From contig NC_058368.1 of NCBI RefSeq assembly GCF_018350175.1, forward strand, positions 42,906,001 to 42,970,000: a DNA stretch of 64,000 bases, in the 5' to 3' direction. The stretch comes from Felis catus (lineage: Eukaryota). The notes below the pieces were generated by a model. The model saw only the letters and a program-made list of their open reading frames with translations. It ran no database searches and was not told the origin of the DNA. Made by a program: the position numbers and the translations under genes. Below are positions 12,575-24,750 of the stretch, piece after piece. The stretch's first letter is position 1; the number at the start of each line of letters is the position of its first letter.

Positions 12575-13852
12575 CGGTAGCCAATATACTATATGGTAGC
12601 CAATACTTACAGCTATTGAGCAACTAAAATGTGATCAGGGAAAACTGAAAAATTGAATTTTAGATTTTATGGAATTTTTCTCAATTTAAATTTAAATGTT
12701 TAAATTGACACTTAAAGGTTCTTGTCAGTCAATTCCAACCCACACCACCAACAATTCTCCACGACCAGCTGGGTATCCTACAATTCAATTCAATTCTGAC
12801 ACTATTTACCTAGAGATAGCATCAGATCCCACAGGATAAGGTGCAGTTCCCAAGGCTGTCCCCCACCTACACACACAAACAGACTAGATGCCAGTCACAA
12901 GTCCAGGTTGTCACCTGTGCTTCTGACCAACTGGGAGATGGAGATTCCCATGATCTCCTCCTGGGGTTCAATTAATTTGCTAAAGCAGCTCACAGAAATA
13001 GTATCATTTACTTACTAGATTATAAGTTTAATATGAATAGGTATAACTCAGGAACACCCAGATGAAGAGATGCATAGAACAAGGTGTGGGGAAATGGCAT
13101 GGAGCTCTCATGCTCTCTGAACCTGCCACTCTCCTCAAATCTCCATGATTTCAGCAAACTGGGAGCTTTCCAAATCCTGTCCTTTTGAGTTTTGTGGAGG
13201 CTTCATCACACAGACAGGATTTATTAAGTCATTGGCTATTGGCAACCAGTGCAGCCTGTTGTCTCCTCCCTTTTCTGGAAATCTGGGAGGTGGAACTCAA
13301 AGTTACAACCTCTAATCACATGACTGGTTCTGGCAACAAGCTCCATTCTTTGGTTCCTTCCAAAAGTCACCTTATTAACATAATAAGAGACACTTTTATA
13401 GCTCTTACCACTTAGGAAATTCCAAGGATTTTAGGAGTTCTGTGCCAAAAATGGGGATGAAGACCAAAGACATATTTATTTTTATAAGTCACAACATCAC
13501 AATACTTGTTTCAGTTATTGGAAAACTTTTATGTACATTTTGAAGAAGTACACTATGTAAACAATCTTTTCAAATTTTATGAAATGTAAGTATTGATAAA
13601 GTATTTCTGATAGAAAATTTAGTGTCTGAATTGGGATGTGAGTTTTGAATACTTAGTAACAAAAATGTATGTGAAATATCTCCTTAGGAATTGTTTTATA
13701 TTGATTACTTGTGAAATGATTATATTTGAGGTTAAATATGTTATTATTATTAAAATTAATTTCACTTGGTTTTTTTTCCTTTTCTAACGTAGCTACAAGA
13801 AAATGTAAAACTACCTAAACAACTTGCATCATATTTCTATTGAATTGTGCTG
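12575..13852. mobile_element. hAT-Charlie DNA transposon relic (Charlie1/MER3/MER33-like), split by a MER21 LTR
   Basis: Left arm atatggtagcc...gctattgagcaactaaaatgtg; right arm taaaattaatttcacttgg...atatttctattgaattgtgctg. Confidence 0.7.
12713..13501 (-). mobile_element. Solo LTR, MER21C-like
   Basis: ccagctgggtatcctacaattcaattcaattctgacacta...cagatcccacagg; terminus tataagtcacaacatcaca; possible TSD acact/atact. Confidence 0.85.
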
Positions 13853-13904
13853 TTCTAAATTATTCAGTTATGTCCACTAACCTCTTTTAATTCTGTGACC
13901 CAAG

Positions 13905-14398
13905 TGAGGGGGAGCAGAATATGCCCCCCCGCAAATGTGCCATTTTGGCAAGTGGATTGTTCTGAGTTGAACACAATTAAGACCTGGCAAATTCAGGAAA
14001 AGCTTTTTACCTCCCCCTTAATTGCCTAAAAGAATTTGGACAGGGAGCATGTCCCAGGAAGAGAGCTATTGCCAGAGACAACTTTTTATATAACAAGGAT
14101 TTATGTGCATGCCATGGCAAGCATGTCTTTACCAAACATTAGCTCTTTTCATGTTCTTGTGAATTGACTTCCTCCCCTTTGAACCCATGAACTTCAACTC
14201 CCTTTCCCCTTAGCTCAGGGTCGTACATAGAAGCCTCAGTTGCTTGACTGCCTTGGAGTCTCATAATATTTTTTATGGGGCTCCTGTACATATGAAATTA
14301 AATTTGTTTTCTCCTGTTAATTTATCTTGTGTTTATTTAATTATTAGACTAGTCAAAGAATCTAGAAGGGAAGAAAGGAACAGTTTTCCCTCCTTACA
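13905..14398 (+). mobile_element. ERV1 solo LTR (MER34-like)
   Basis: TG...CA ends; start ggagcagaatatgccccccc...ttttggca...gattgttctgagttga; TSD caag/cagg. Confidence 0.85.
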
Positions 14399-14741
14399 CA
14401 GGATACCATCATCTTTAACCTGGATTTCTACTCTGACCTCTTAGTTTTTCTTTGTCTTTAATGTTGACCCCCACTCCACATCAATATCTTCTCCCCACCA
14501 ACCTCTGCTATACTTCCTCCTTCATAGAGTTGGGGTAATCAAACTCATATTTCATAGCAGATGCAAGTTTCCAATTTTGACTTATTTTATACAGTGATCT
14601 TTCTAACACGAAAATCATATTACATTATTGATTAAAAAACTTATCTCTGAACCTCATATCATAGGCAATTTTACTCATAATCTTACCCCCTCCTCACCAC
14701 AGCAGTTTTATTTCTTTTTTTAGTAGTATTAGCATTAAGCC

Positions 14742-14922
14742 TTTTTTTTTTAATTTTTGAGAGAGATAAGGTGCGAGTGAATGAGGGGCAGAGAGAGAGG
14801 GAGACAGAGAGAATCCCACACAGGCTCCACACTGTCAGAAGCAGAGCTCTAGCTCACGAGCTATGAGATCATGACCTGAGCCAAAGTCAGATGCTTAACC
14901 GACTGAGCCACCCAGGTGCCCC
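14742..14922 (-). mobile_element. CAN-SINE
   Basis: T tail, GA body, gactgagccacccaggtgcccc. Confidence 0.93.
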
Positions 14923-15674
14923 AATAGTCTCATTTCTAACATCAGCTTCTAATCCACATTCTGTGCCCCAACCAAATTGATTTTCTTGGTTTCATCAGAT
15001 GATCTATGTTTTCTTTTGCATCTGGATCTTTTCATGTTCTATTATTCCTTATGTATTGTTCCTATTTTTACCCCTAATGTCAAAGCAATGACTAGCATAG
15101 AGCAGACACTCAAAAGAAACTGAGTAAATGAATGAATGACTACTGTACTAGAAAGAAACTATTGTAGAAATTCATTTAATATATACATGTATTTCTTGGA
15201 GTAGAATATTGGTAATCTTTAAACCACTATTATTTGCAAAGGCCAATAATTATATTAAATATCTTTAAAACTGCCAGTTGTAATTGTAATCAGTTTCACT
15301 GAAATTGAACTGCTGATCTTTTCCTTCCAAAAATGTTTACTTTTAAACTTTCAATTGCTACTTTATAAAATATTCACAGCATAACCTGGAAGATCTTCAA
15401 AATATCTTAACAGTTTGCTTTAGAATCTAGGGGTGAAACAAAAATTAACTTCAAAGCAAATTAGCAGTTTTTCTCATCTATTCTCATCAAAGAAAGTACG
15501 GGAGGATTTTAGGCCCTCTGAGAGTATATATTATAGTTCATTATGCAAAGAAAAAAGGTAAAAATGAATCCAGAAACAATTAATATGTGAAGTTAGTACT
15601 CTACAATACACTATTACTACTATATGTAAGTTTTTTTTTGAAAAGTGAAGGCATACTAAAAATTAAAATGTGCT

Positions 15675-15854
15675 ACACATATATTATTAGAATTTTTATC
15701 ATTATATCATTGACATGATTCAAGTTTCTATGATCTGTTCCCAAGTACATGAGTAGAAATGTTCCTTCCTACTTTTCTAGGTTCCTCAGGGTCTTAAAGG
15801 TAATAAAAGATAAGTGGTAGCATTAGTGTAAAGGGGTTAATTATGTCACAAGTG
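15675..15854 (+). repeat. Copy 1 of a diverged ~170-bp direct duplication
   Basis: Colinear shared blocks with 17002-17170. Confidence 0.9.
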
Positions 15855-15994
15855 AAAGTACCAAGATTAAAAGTCATAAACGATAAAAGCTGCTGAGATC
15901 AAGACAGCCACAAGAGTCTCTTTCCTCAATGGCTTAGTACTCCAGTTCCTCAACAGTTTAGAGCAATATAATTATAAAACAACATAATTGAAAA

Positions 15995-17400
15995 TAATTT
16001 TGCAGGTCACCCTGTACAATCTCCAACCTAATGCAATAGCCTCTCTACAATAACAGAAAATAATTGTGTCTGCTTTTGAATTTTTTCTACTGATATGACA
16101 CTTGCTCTGTAAAAGGAGACAGTTCTGTTTAGGGACATTCTAAAGGTCAGAAATTAGACATGGCCCTAATTTTGCCTTTTGAAAGTAAACAGAATAAATC
16201 TAATCTCTCTTCCACATGACAGTTTTTGTTTTTAAATTAAATTTTGAGAATGTTTATACTACTCAACCTACAAAATTTATTTCCAGTATAAAGGTTCCTA
16301 ATTCCTTCTAGGATTTTTCAAAATACATGGTTTTCACAATCTTCACGTGTTGGCACTCATTTTCTGCACACACTTTGGTTTATCATCATTGTGAGTGAAA
16401 TGTGGCATGTCTGCTTATCCTGGATAGTAGCAGACATTTATGTTTTTTGATCTGAGGTAATCAGTTAAGGAACACCTGTTTTGCACAAAATATTGTGCTA
16501 TATTTCAAAAGGTATGTAAGGAGTCAAAGACTAAGATACCTACCTTAAGGCTTTAGTATTCACATCTAGTAGTATTCTGAACCATGTGGAAATTTTGCAC
16601 CAGACCTGTAATTCAAAAGCATAGTTCTAAATCATACTTCATATTTTGTATAAAAATTGATGTCATTAGTTGAGACTATGTCTAGTGTGGTGATATACAA
16701 GAAATCTTGACTCTAACTTATAATATTTGCAAGTATTTATCAGTTTTATGTCATTAGCATGCTGGCTAGATATACAAAGTGTATTAATTTTAGCTATGTG
16801 CTTGTTTGTTTGAAGATATTAGTGGACATTAAATTTTTGATAAAGGTATTAAATGTAAAAAAGATAATAAAATTCAGTGGCATATTTTCTAAGATTCAGC
16901 TATGCTGATATTGAATCAACACTCTTTAGTATAGAGTCCATTCACTATCTTGATGGAATCTATCTATCCGTCTATCTATCTATCCACACAAACACACACA
17001 CACACATATATATATAATTTTTATCATTGACATAATTTAAGTTTCTATGATTTGATAAAGTAAACATGAGTGAGCATTTCTTCTCCTTTTCTAGGTCATT
17101 CATGGTCTAAAGAGTAATAAAAGCCAAGAGGCAGCAGTGGTATAAAGAGGTTAATTATAATGAATAAGTGTGTGCGTATATATAGTAGTTCTTCCTAGAC
17201 TATCAGTCTAATAAGAACAACAACAACCAAAGTGGTTTATTGGGACTACTATTCCAAATGAAAATCCTCTCATTTATAGTAATAGCTATTTCTAAATGTT
17301 TTCAAATAATCCTTCTATGTGATTATGCAGTTTAGAATTTTGCCTGTCTCTCAACAAATCTTATATTCTTTGTGATTCCTTACATAATATTAAAAACTAC
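15995..17400 (-). mobile_element. Highly diverged L3/CR1 LINE fragments
   Basis: acagaataaatctaatctctcttccacatgacag and related blocks resemble the recalled L3 reverse consensus. Confidence 0.6.
17002..17170 (+). repeat. Copy 2 of the ~170-bp direct duplication
   Basis: aatttttatcat, aagtttctatgat, acatgagt, cttttctaggt, gtaataaaag and ggttaattat occur in the same order as in copy 1. Confidence 0.9.
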
Positions 17401-17885
17401 TGTATTTACTGAAAATTTATCAAAATTTAATAAATTAATTCTCTGCCATATGTTAGACATTATACCATATATATGCTTTCAATCCTTTGGCATATAATAT
17501 ATTTCAGTCTGGAAACGTAAAGTCATTTAATTAAGCTGGGTTCTTGTTCATATCTCTTTACATACCAAGAATTTCAAATTGTATTTAGCATAGTTACTTT
17601 TCATGTTTTTTGATTACTCTTTGTATTCTCTAGTCCCAAGGCACTTCAATCTCTTTGAAAGAAAGAACTGGCATATAGTAGGCATTCAACAATTATTTTT
17701 TGCTTCATTATTGACACTGAAGTATTTTTACTTTCTCCAGGTGTTGGTGCCACTGTGTATTTTTTATCCTCTTGCTTCTCATTGTTTATCTTCAGTGCTC
17801 TTTGTTATTTTTTCTTTGCTGTATATGAATCAAGAACCACAGACTATGAAGAGCTAATGATAAAGGTTTAGATTAAAGCTAAATT

Positions 17886-18107
17886 CGGGGCGCCTGGGTG
17901 GCGCAGTCAGTTAAGCGTCCGACTTCAGCCAGGTCACGATCTCGCGGTCTCTGAGTTCAGGCCCGCGTCGGGCTCTGGGCTGATGGCTCAGAGCCTGGAG
18001 CCTGTTTCCGACTCTGTTTCTCCCTCTCTCTCTGCCCCTCCCCCGTTCATGCTCTGTCTCTCTTTGTCCCAAAAATAAATAAACGTTGAAAAAAAAAATT
18101 AAAAAAA
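17886..18107 (+). mobile_element. Young feline CAN-SINE (CpG-rich)
   Basis: ggggcgcctgggtggcgcagtcagttaagcgtccgacttcagccagg; perfect TSD TAAAGCTAAATT at 17874-17885 and 18108-18119. Confidence 0.98.
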
Positions 18108-18956
18108 TAAAGCTAAATTATATATTTATTTCTATTTTAAAGCTTTAAATATATTTTAAATTACATATCCATTTCTATGTAGATATTTATGAGCATAGAA
18201 TTACTTACAGTTTTTCTTGCCACTTTTATGTGTATTTTCCTAAGATTTGATTTATCATAGATTTTTTTTTTCTGCCTTAACATAATATATTGGTGAATTG
18301 TCATGGGCTATTCATTCAACTCACTTAGTAAATAATTATTGAGCCTCTACTATATTCTAAGGACTTTTCAAGTTTCTAGAGATAAGTAATAAACAAATAA
18401 AAGTCCCTGCCTCCATGGAACTTATGTTGAAATTGGGGAGGGAGTGAGGAAAACAGACCCTCTTCCCCTCAAAATTACATGTATGTCAGAGGGGGAAAAT
18501 TACTTGAAGAAATGGAAAAGAGTAGGAGAATGATAAAGAGAGTGGGGAACACAGTGATGCTCATTTATAGGGTGGTTAGGAGAAACCTGCCCAATAAGAC
18601 GATGTGTGAACAGAGATCTGAAAAAAATAAGTGGATAAGCCCCGTGGATTAAGAGCTTTTTAGAAAACAGCAAGAGCAAATACCTTCTACTGTTAAGCAT
18701 CTGGAGCTTAGGAAAAACTGAAGAATTTGGTAAGGTATAGGACAGTGACTTGAGGGTCAGATTGACAACAGGTGATATTTTAGGGCATGATGAGAATTTT
18801 GGATTTTCCTACATGTGATTTTGAAGGACATGTGAGGATTGTAGAGAGATGAATAGCATGACTTACTTATGTTTTCAAACCATCAATCTGCATATATAAT
18901 AGACAAGATGGGGAGTAAGGATGAAGTGAGTCAGGGTGTATGCTATTACATTATCC

Positions 18957-19264
18957 TGTTGGGGGGATGATGATGCCTTTGAAAATGCTGAATTTTATCT
19001 AAGACTTGTGTTCCTGAAAAGCAGCAACAGTTAAGAAATCCTCTCATTTGTTTGTGCTCTGGAACATGGGCAACCATAAAGGACCACCCTGTTCTCCTAT
19101 GGCTTTCATAAGACTCAACAAAGACTCCCTTGTTAACTACCTCTACACAATCCCAAGCACCCTTCCTTTTCTTTGAGATATTCTTCACTAATGACCATTC
19201 TCATTATTGCATCAGCCTTAAATAAATCATTTCCTTAATTGCCCAGTACCTTTAGTCCTTCACA
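18957..19264 (+). mobile_element. Short ERV1-type solo LTR (MER89/90/110-like)
   Basis: TG...CA ends, ttttatctaagacttgtgttcctg motif, AATAAA near the 3' end; interrupts the L2. Confidence 0.55.
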
Positions 19265-19656
19265 GATTGGAGAGTATGGTAGTGGTTTAAATGGCAAAAT
19301 GAATTTTGAAATTATTGCTTAGAAAATTGGCCGATAGATTTGCTGTGGGAAATGAGAAAAAGACAGAAGTCAACAATGGATCCAAAAGATTTGGCTGGAC
19401 CAAAGGAAGAAGACAAATAAATCTACAGAAGACCATGAGAGGAACTGTTTGGGGGAGAGAGAGGATTTCAGGAATTAATTTTGGACATGTTCATTTTGAG
19501 GAGCCTGTAGATCATCCCAATTCAAGTTTTAATGAGGTAGTTAAAACTTTTAGTCTGAAGGCATTAAAGTTGAAGATGGGACTGTAGGTATTAAATACTG
19601 GAATCACCAGCCTGTAAATGGCTTAGAACAATAGGTATGGATGCTGCTACCCAGAG

Positions 19657-19835
19657 CAGAGCTTCTTGTTTCAGCACTTATAAGAACCACCTGGAGGGAT
19701 TGTTAAACCCAGATTCCTGAGCCCCACTCCAGATTCTGATTCTAAAAATTTGGGTGGTCCTGAAAAATCTGCATTTCTAACCAGTTGTTAAGTGATGTTG
19801 ATGCTGAACCACATGAGGACCATATTTTAAAAAAT
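19657..19835. mobile_element. MER5A (hAT-Charlie)
   Basis: agaaccacctggagggattgttaaa...aatctgcatttctaac...gtgatgttgatgctg. Confidence 0.85.
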
Positions 19836-20243
19836 GAGTATAGCTTGGAAAGGAAGAGATATTAACGCTTAAAGAGGTAACATATCAATGTCTAGAGATG
19901 GAGGGGATATGGAAAAACCAGAAAAGGGGCCTAAAAAGGAGCTTCAGGGACTTAAGGGAAAAACTAAGAGAGTGTGCCATGGAAGCCAATTAGGAAAGTC
20001 AAGAGTAAAGAAGGATGAGCTGGGTCCAAGTCACTGATAGATGAGTAAAATAAAAACAGAGAATTTACTATGCTATTTGGCAAAGTGATGTCCTAGTCAT
20101 GTAGCTAAGCAATATTTGATATCCTTATCAGATTATATTAGTCTTTAATGATCTTTTCTGATTTTATTAGCCAATGTCAATTCCTGATTTCACCTATATA
20201 TTTTTTTTAGTTTCTTACATCATCAATTGATATATATGACATG

Positions 20244-20245
<2 letters not shown>

Positions 20246-20283
<38 letters not shown>

Positions 20284-20295
20284 ACTCTCTCTCTC
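20246..20295. repeat. (CT)n microsatellite
   Basis: Read directly from the sequence. Confidence 0.95.
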
Positions 20296-20391
20296 AACAC
20301 ACACACCCCTCTAAATGATACCCTGAACAAATAAATCCTCTCATATAACCACTACAGTTTAAGTGGCTTAAGTTATGTATATAGTCTATAG

Positions 20392-21217
20392 TGTAGGAAA
20401 ACTCTAGTCCTTCTTCTGTGTTTCAGTTTACTCTCACAGTACTATTATTCTTACAACACATCTGGCATGAGATGTGTGGAGGTTTCTCCCACATCATGCA
20501 ATTTGTCAACACCCACCGAGTGTCCTTAATTCTGACACTATCTGCCTGTAGTTAGTGTCAGATCCCACAGGTTAAGGGCTCAGACTCACAAGGCTGCTAC
20601 CACCCAAAAAACTTCAGAAGCCATCACAAGTCCTGGTTGCCAACCATGCTTCTGAGTTATTGGCTATAAATTAGAAGTTCCCATCATCCCCTCCTTGGGT
20701 TTAATTAGTTTGCTAGAGTGATTCACAGATTTGAGAAAAAAAGAAAAAATTACTTATTGTTTACCACTTTATTGTAAAAGGATATGATAAAGGATACAGA
20801 TGGAAGGCATGTGTAGGGCAAAGTATGTCAGAAGAGACACGGAGCTTCCATGTACTCTGAGGGCCTTGCCACTCACCGAGCACCTGCCTGTGTTCAACAA
20901 CCTGGAAGCTATTCAAACCCTGTTGTATTTTGGGGAGCTTATTTGGAGGCTTCATCACATAGGCATGATAGATCATTAACTTCATTTTCAGCCCCTCTCC
21001 CCTCTCTAGAGAATGGGCTGGAGCTGAAAATTCTAAGCTTCTAAACATTGCTTGGTCATTTTGGTAACCAGCCACCATCCAGGAACCCACCAAGAATCAC
21101 CTCACTGGAACACAAGAAACTGACATCAAGCATGAAACTCCAAGTAAGTTAGGGATTCTGTGTCAGGAATTGGTGTCAATGACCAAACACTGGAAACAAG
21201 ATGTTCCTAGTGCTCAC
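20392..21217 (-). mobile_element. Solo LTR, MER21B-like
   Basis: aattctgacactatctgcctg...tcagatcccacaggttaagggctcag; clearly homologous to 12713-13501. Confidence 0.85.
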
Positions 21218-21245
21218 ACATATTTATCTATATACATACAAAAGT

Positions 21246-21286
<41 letters not shown>

Positions 21287-21294
21287 ATCTAATA

Positions 21295-21535
21295 TTATTT
21301 ATTTATTTATTTTTATTTTTAAAAAATTTTTAATGTTTTTATTTATTTTTGAGACAGAGACAGAGCATGAGCAGGGAAGGGGCAGAGAGAGAGAGGGAGA
21401 CACAGAATCTGAAGCAGGCTGCAGGCTCTGAGCTGTCAGCACAGAGCCCAATGCGGGGCTCAAACTCACAAGCTATGAGATCATGACCTGAGCCGAAGTT
21501 GGATGCCTAACCATCTGAGCCACCCAGCCACCCCC
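21295..21535 (-). mobile_element. CAN-SINE, next to a (CA)n at 21248-21284
   Basis: Typical body; TSD-like ggatctaatatt/ggatcgaatttt. Confidence 0.95.
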
Positions 21536-21782
21536 GGATCGAATTTTTACTTTTTACAGATGAAAACATTGAAAAACTTTTCTGAATGCCATTTTGATCT
21601 GTTAATTTCTGGAGTGGAATAAGATTTTATTAAATTTCAAATGAGGTTGTGTTTTATTCTCATCCTGACAAGATAATGTATAACAAATATTATCAAATAT
21701 TTACTTTTTGCCTAAATTATCACATCTCTTTCAACATGGAGAAGATTTGATGTTAAATGACAAGATTAAAAACATAATGATA

Positions 21783-21950
21783 GGGGCACCTGGATGGCTC
21801 AGTCAGTTAAGCTTCCAACTCTTGATTTTTGCTCAGGTCATGATCCATGAGATTGACCCCCACATCAGGCTCTGTGCTGAGCATGGAGCCTGCTTAATAT
21901 TCACCCCCTCTTCCTCTGCCCCTACCCTGCTCATGTGCATCTGCACAAGT

Positions 21951-21990
<40 letters not shown>

Positions 21991-22018
21991 ACTCTGTCTC
22001 TCTCATAAAAAAAAAAAA
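21783..22018 (+). mobile_element. CAN-SINE
   Basis: ggggcacctggatggctcagtcagttaag head, (CT)n, A tail. Confidence 0.93.
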
Positions 22019-23184
22019 GATAAAACTTCCTACAGATTTAGGACTTCTAGAATCTACAAATCCACTGCAATTATATGCATGGTATTATAGTTATGCACCT
22101 ATGTCATTTTTTAGGGTAAGCTTTTATTGGATTAGCAAAGGAATCTCAAAGCTATTAAAAATTTTTGTCCTAGGTGGAAAGCACCTATCTTATGCTATTT
22201 TTTTTCTTACTCTCATTTGGTAAGAGTCATGCAGTCTTGATATACAGTTTCTATTATTTAAATTAACTTCTATTATTTGATGACTTATTTTCCTGTTTAA
22301 GAAAACCCACAAATTAAAATGCTCATTGTGTGCAGAAGGCAAAATACATATGATCCTGAACCACAGGCCTTAGGCAAATGCTGAATTTTCTAAACAAAAC
22401 ATGTCCCATTATGATCTTGTGTACTGTTTAACCTCATTCTCAGAGAAAATTGTTTTTAATCTACAGTAACAGATATATGTAAATAATTTCTCAGTGAAAC
22501 AAACACATAAATTCTTTAATATCACTACTATTCATTTGAAATTGCAGGAAGCAACATCTTATATCCATGAGAAAAAAAAAGATCATATTAATCAATAAGA
22601 CAAATGAAAGATGGAAAGCAAAAATAGTAGAGATATAATTAATACACTTTTTAAAAATCCATGGAGGCACCAAGGCATAGCATGAATAGGAGATATTTTT
22701 AGTTTTTTTCCCGATGATTTTCCTAAAATCACTCTAAATAAACATAGTTGAAGTGAAAGCAGATACTTGCTCTACATAAGCAACCTTGCTTAAATCTTAT
22801 TACTGACTATTCAGTGAGAAAAAAAGACTTAAAATCCCCGATCATAAAAGGTATGGAACCTCCAGTGCATGGAGTAAGATTGTAGAGAGAGCAACATTGT
22901 CCAAGGATCGCCAGCCGAATATTCTAAAGAGAATCCTGGAGTAAAGTGGGCTTTACCATTATATCATATCAAGGCAGCTATGGTATAATAATTTGGGATC
23001 TGAATTAAGAAACAAAAAATGAGGTTTAAATAATTCAGCAATTCGTTAGTTGCAAAGGTAATGTGCAAGGTGGTATATCATGGATACCACTATCGGACAG
23101 ATCAGGGCATGCTCTCTGATTCCCCTTCATACTAGATTGTGAAGTGGGCAAAATCTTTAAATTCTTGGGGCTTCAACTTTTTCA

Positions 23185-23560
23185 TGTTTTTGTCTGCTAG
23201 GGCTGCCATAACAAAATATTACAGATTTGGTACCTTAGTCAACAGAAATTTGTTTTTTCACAGTTATGGTGTCTAAAAGTCCATGATCAAGGTGCCAACT
23301 GATCTGGTTCCTTGTGAGGGCTGTCTTTCCTGCTTGCAGATGATTGCATTCTTGCTGTGTCCTCAGGTAGCCTTTCCTCTGCGACACCTGAAAGAGAACT
23401 CTGATCTTTCACAAGGACAGCAATCATGTCACATTAAGGCTCCACCCTGTGATCTTATTAACCTCAGTTATCTGCTTATAGCTCTATCTCAAAATACAGT
23501 CACACTGAGAGTTAGGGCCCCAACATATAAATTTTAAGGGAATACAATTCAGTCCTAACA
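23185..23560 (-). mobile_element. MaLR solo LTR (MLT1A/B-like)
   Basis: ctgctagggctgccataacaaaata...caattcagtcctaaca. Confidence 0.88.
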
Positions 23561-23591
23561 ATCTTCAAAGAAATAAAAGAAAGTGAATACA

Positions 23592-23945
23592 TGTTAAGCA
23601 TTGCTCATTCTTTACCCCCTGCTTTGCCTCTACCAAAGTTTAGTCTGGTTTCTTTTTTACCTACAGACCCCTGAACTCTGCTTGGTCCCAAGCCTGATCA
23701 AGAACAAAAGTGAAGCATGCCTACTTTGTCAACTTCTCCTGGGAATCAGCTGATCACAGGGAGACATTTTTCCTATCAGACCCTACTGGTCATTTTCAGT
23801 TTCCCCACCAAAGATTCTGCTTATATGTGCTTATCCCTGTTTTATCCTATCATAAAAACCTTGTTCTGTTTGAATTTGAGAGGGTCACAGATTTCTGAGA
23901 TTACAGCAGTCTCCCTATTGCAATATTGAGTTTTTCTAATTAAAG

Positions 23946-23990
<45 letters not shown>

Positions 23991-24002
23991 CCAAATTTGT
24001 CA
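23592..24002 (+). mobile_element. ERV1-type solo LTR with (CT)n expansion
   Basis: ccaaagtttagtctgg and ctccctattgcaata motifs resemble MER4-group LTRs; subfamily uncertain. Confidence 0.5.
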
Positions 24003-24529
24003 AAGGTTAAAAATGTCTATATCATTGATTTATTTTGAGGTTTCCAAACCATTTGGCACAGTGTCTATTACATTGTATGTGAATAGTTATGTGTTCCTGG
24101 GCATTTGGCTTACTTTTGAAACCTGTGTATGTCACAAATAATAATTTGAAATAGGTGTATAAAGGTTGCTCTATTTCTAATATTCTGTCAAATAATTAGG
24201 CAGACTTCAGAATTTTGCGTCTTAAGAGGTCACATTCCAAAGACTTCACAGATAATTATTTAAATTTGTAGTTGCGTCCCAACATATGGAGTCACATAAC
24301 ATCAACATTTCCTAGGGCAACAAATATACTTATGGAATTTAAATGTATGATTTTATTATTCTGACTTCTAAGGCCTGTCAAAAAAATCTTTACCATATGC
24401 ACAATGATGAATATGAAATGAATGACTAATATATTCCCAAGTGTCATTACACTTTTTTTTTTTTTTTGGGCAACAGCAAAGCTCCTGCTTTATCTTAGGA
24501 GAACTTGATATAAAGTAGTTGGAGGGAGG

Positions 24530-24750
24530 CGGTAATGAACTCATATTTATGAAGTGCTCACTACTGATGTGCTCTGTCTGATGTTTTAATTATGTTACAT
24601 CATTTACCTTTGGGGTAGGTGTTATTATCTCCATTTACACATCTAGGAATTAAGAAACAGAGAAGTTGAGTTCTTTGCTCAGGGTCACGCAGCTGTTAAA
24701 AAGAATAGTCAGGATTTAATCAGAGTTCTATTTATATACCCCATAAAGTG
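24530..24750 (-). mobile_element. MIR
   Basis: gtaggtgttattatctccatttacac...cagagaagttgagttctttgctcagggtcacgcagc. Confidence 0.75.

Larger units (their letters stand above)
18312..20110 (-). mobile_element. L2 LINE remnant, interrupted by an LTR and a MER5A
   Basis: ttcattcaac...tattgagcctctactat end; aaagtccctgcctccatggaactta; ttttggacatgttcattttgag. Confidence 0.75.

Noticed and set aside
12713..21217. Two MER21-like LTRs in the same orientation as the ends of one provirus
   Set aside because: They differ in subtype, the first sits within a Charlie element with its own TSD-like flanks, and the sequence between them is L2/L3/SINE rather than gag/pol.
21708..22223. Longest ORF in the track (171 aa)
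   Set aside because: Runs through a CAN-SINE and its (CT)n/A tail, starts at a non-ATG codon, and has no recognisable domain.
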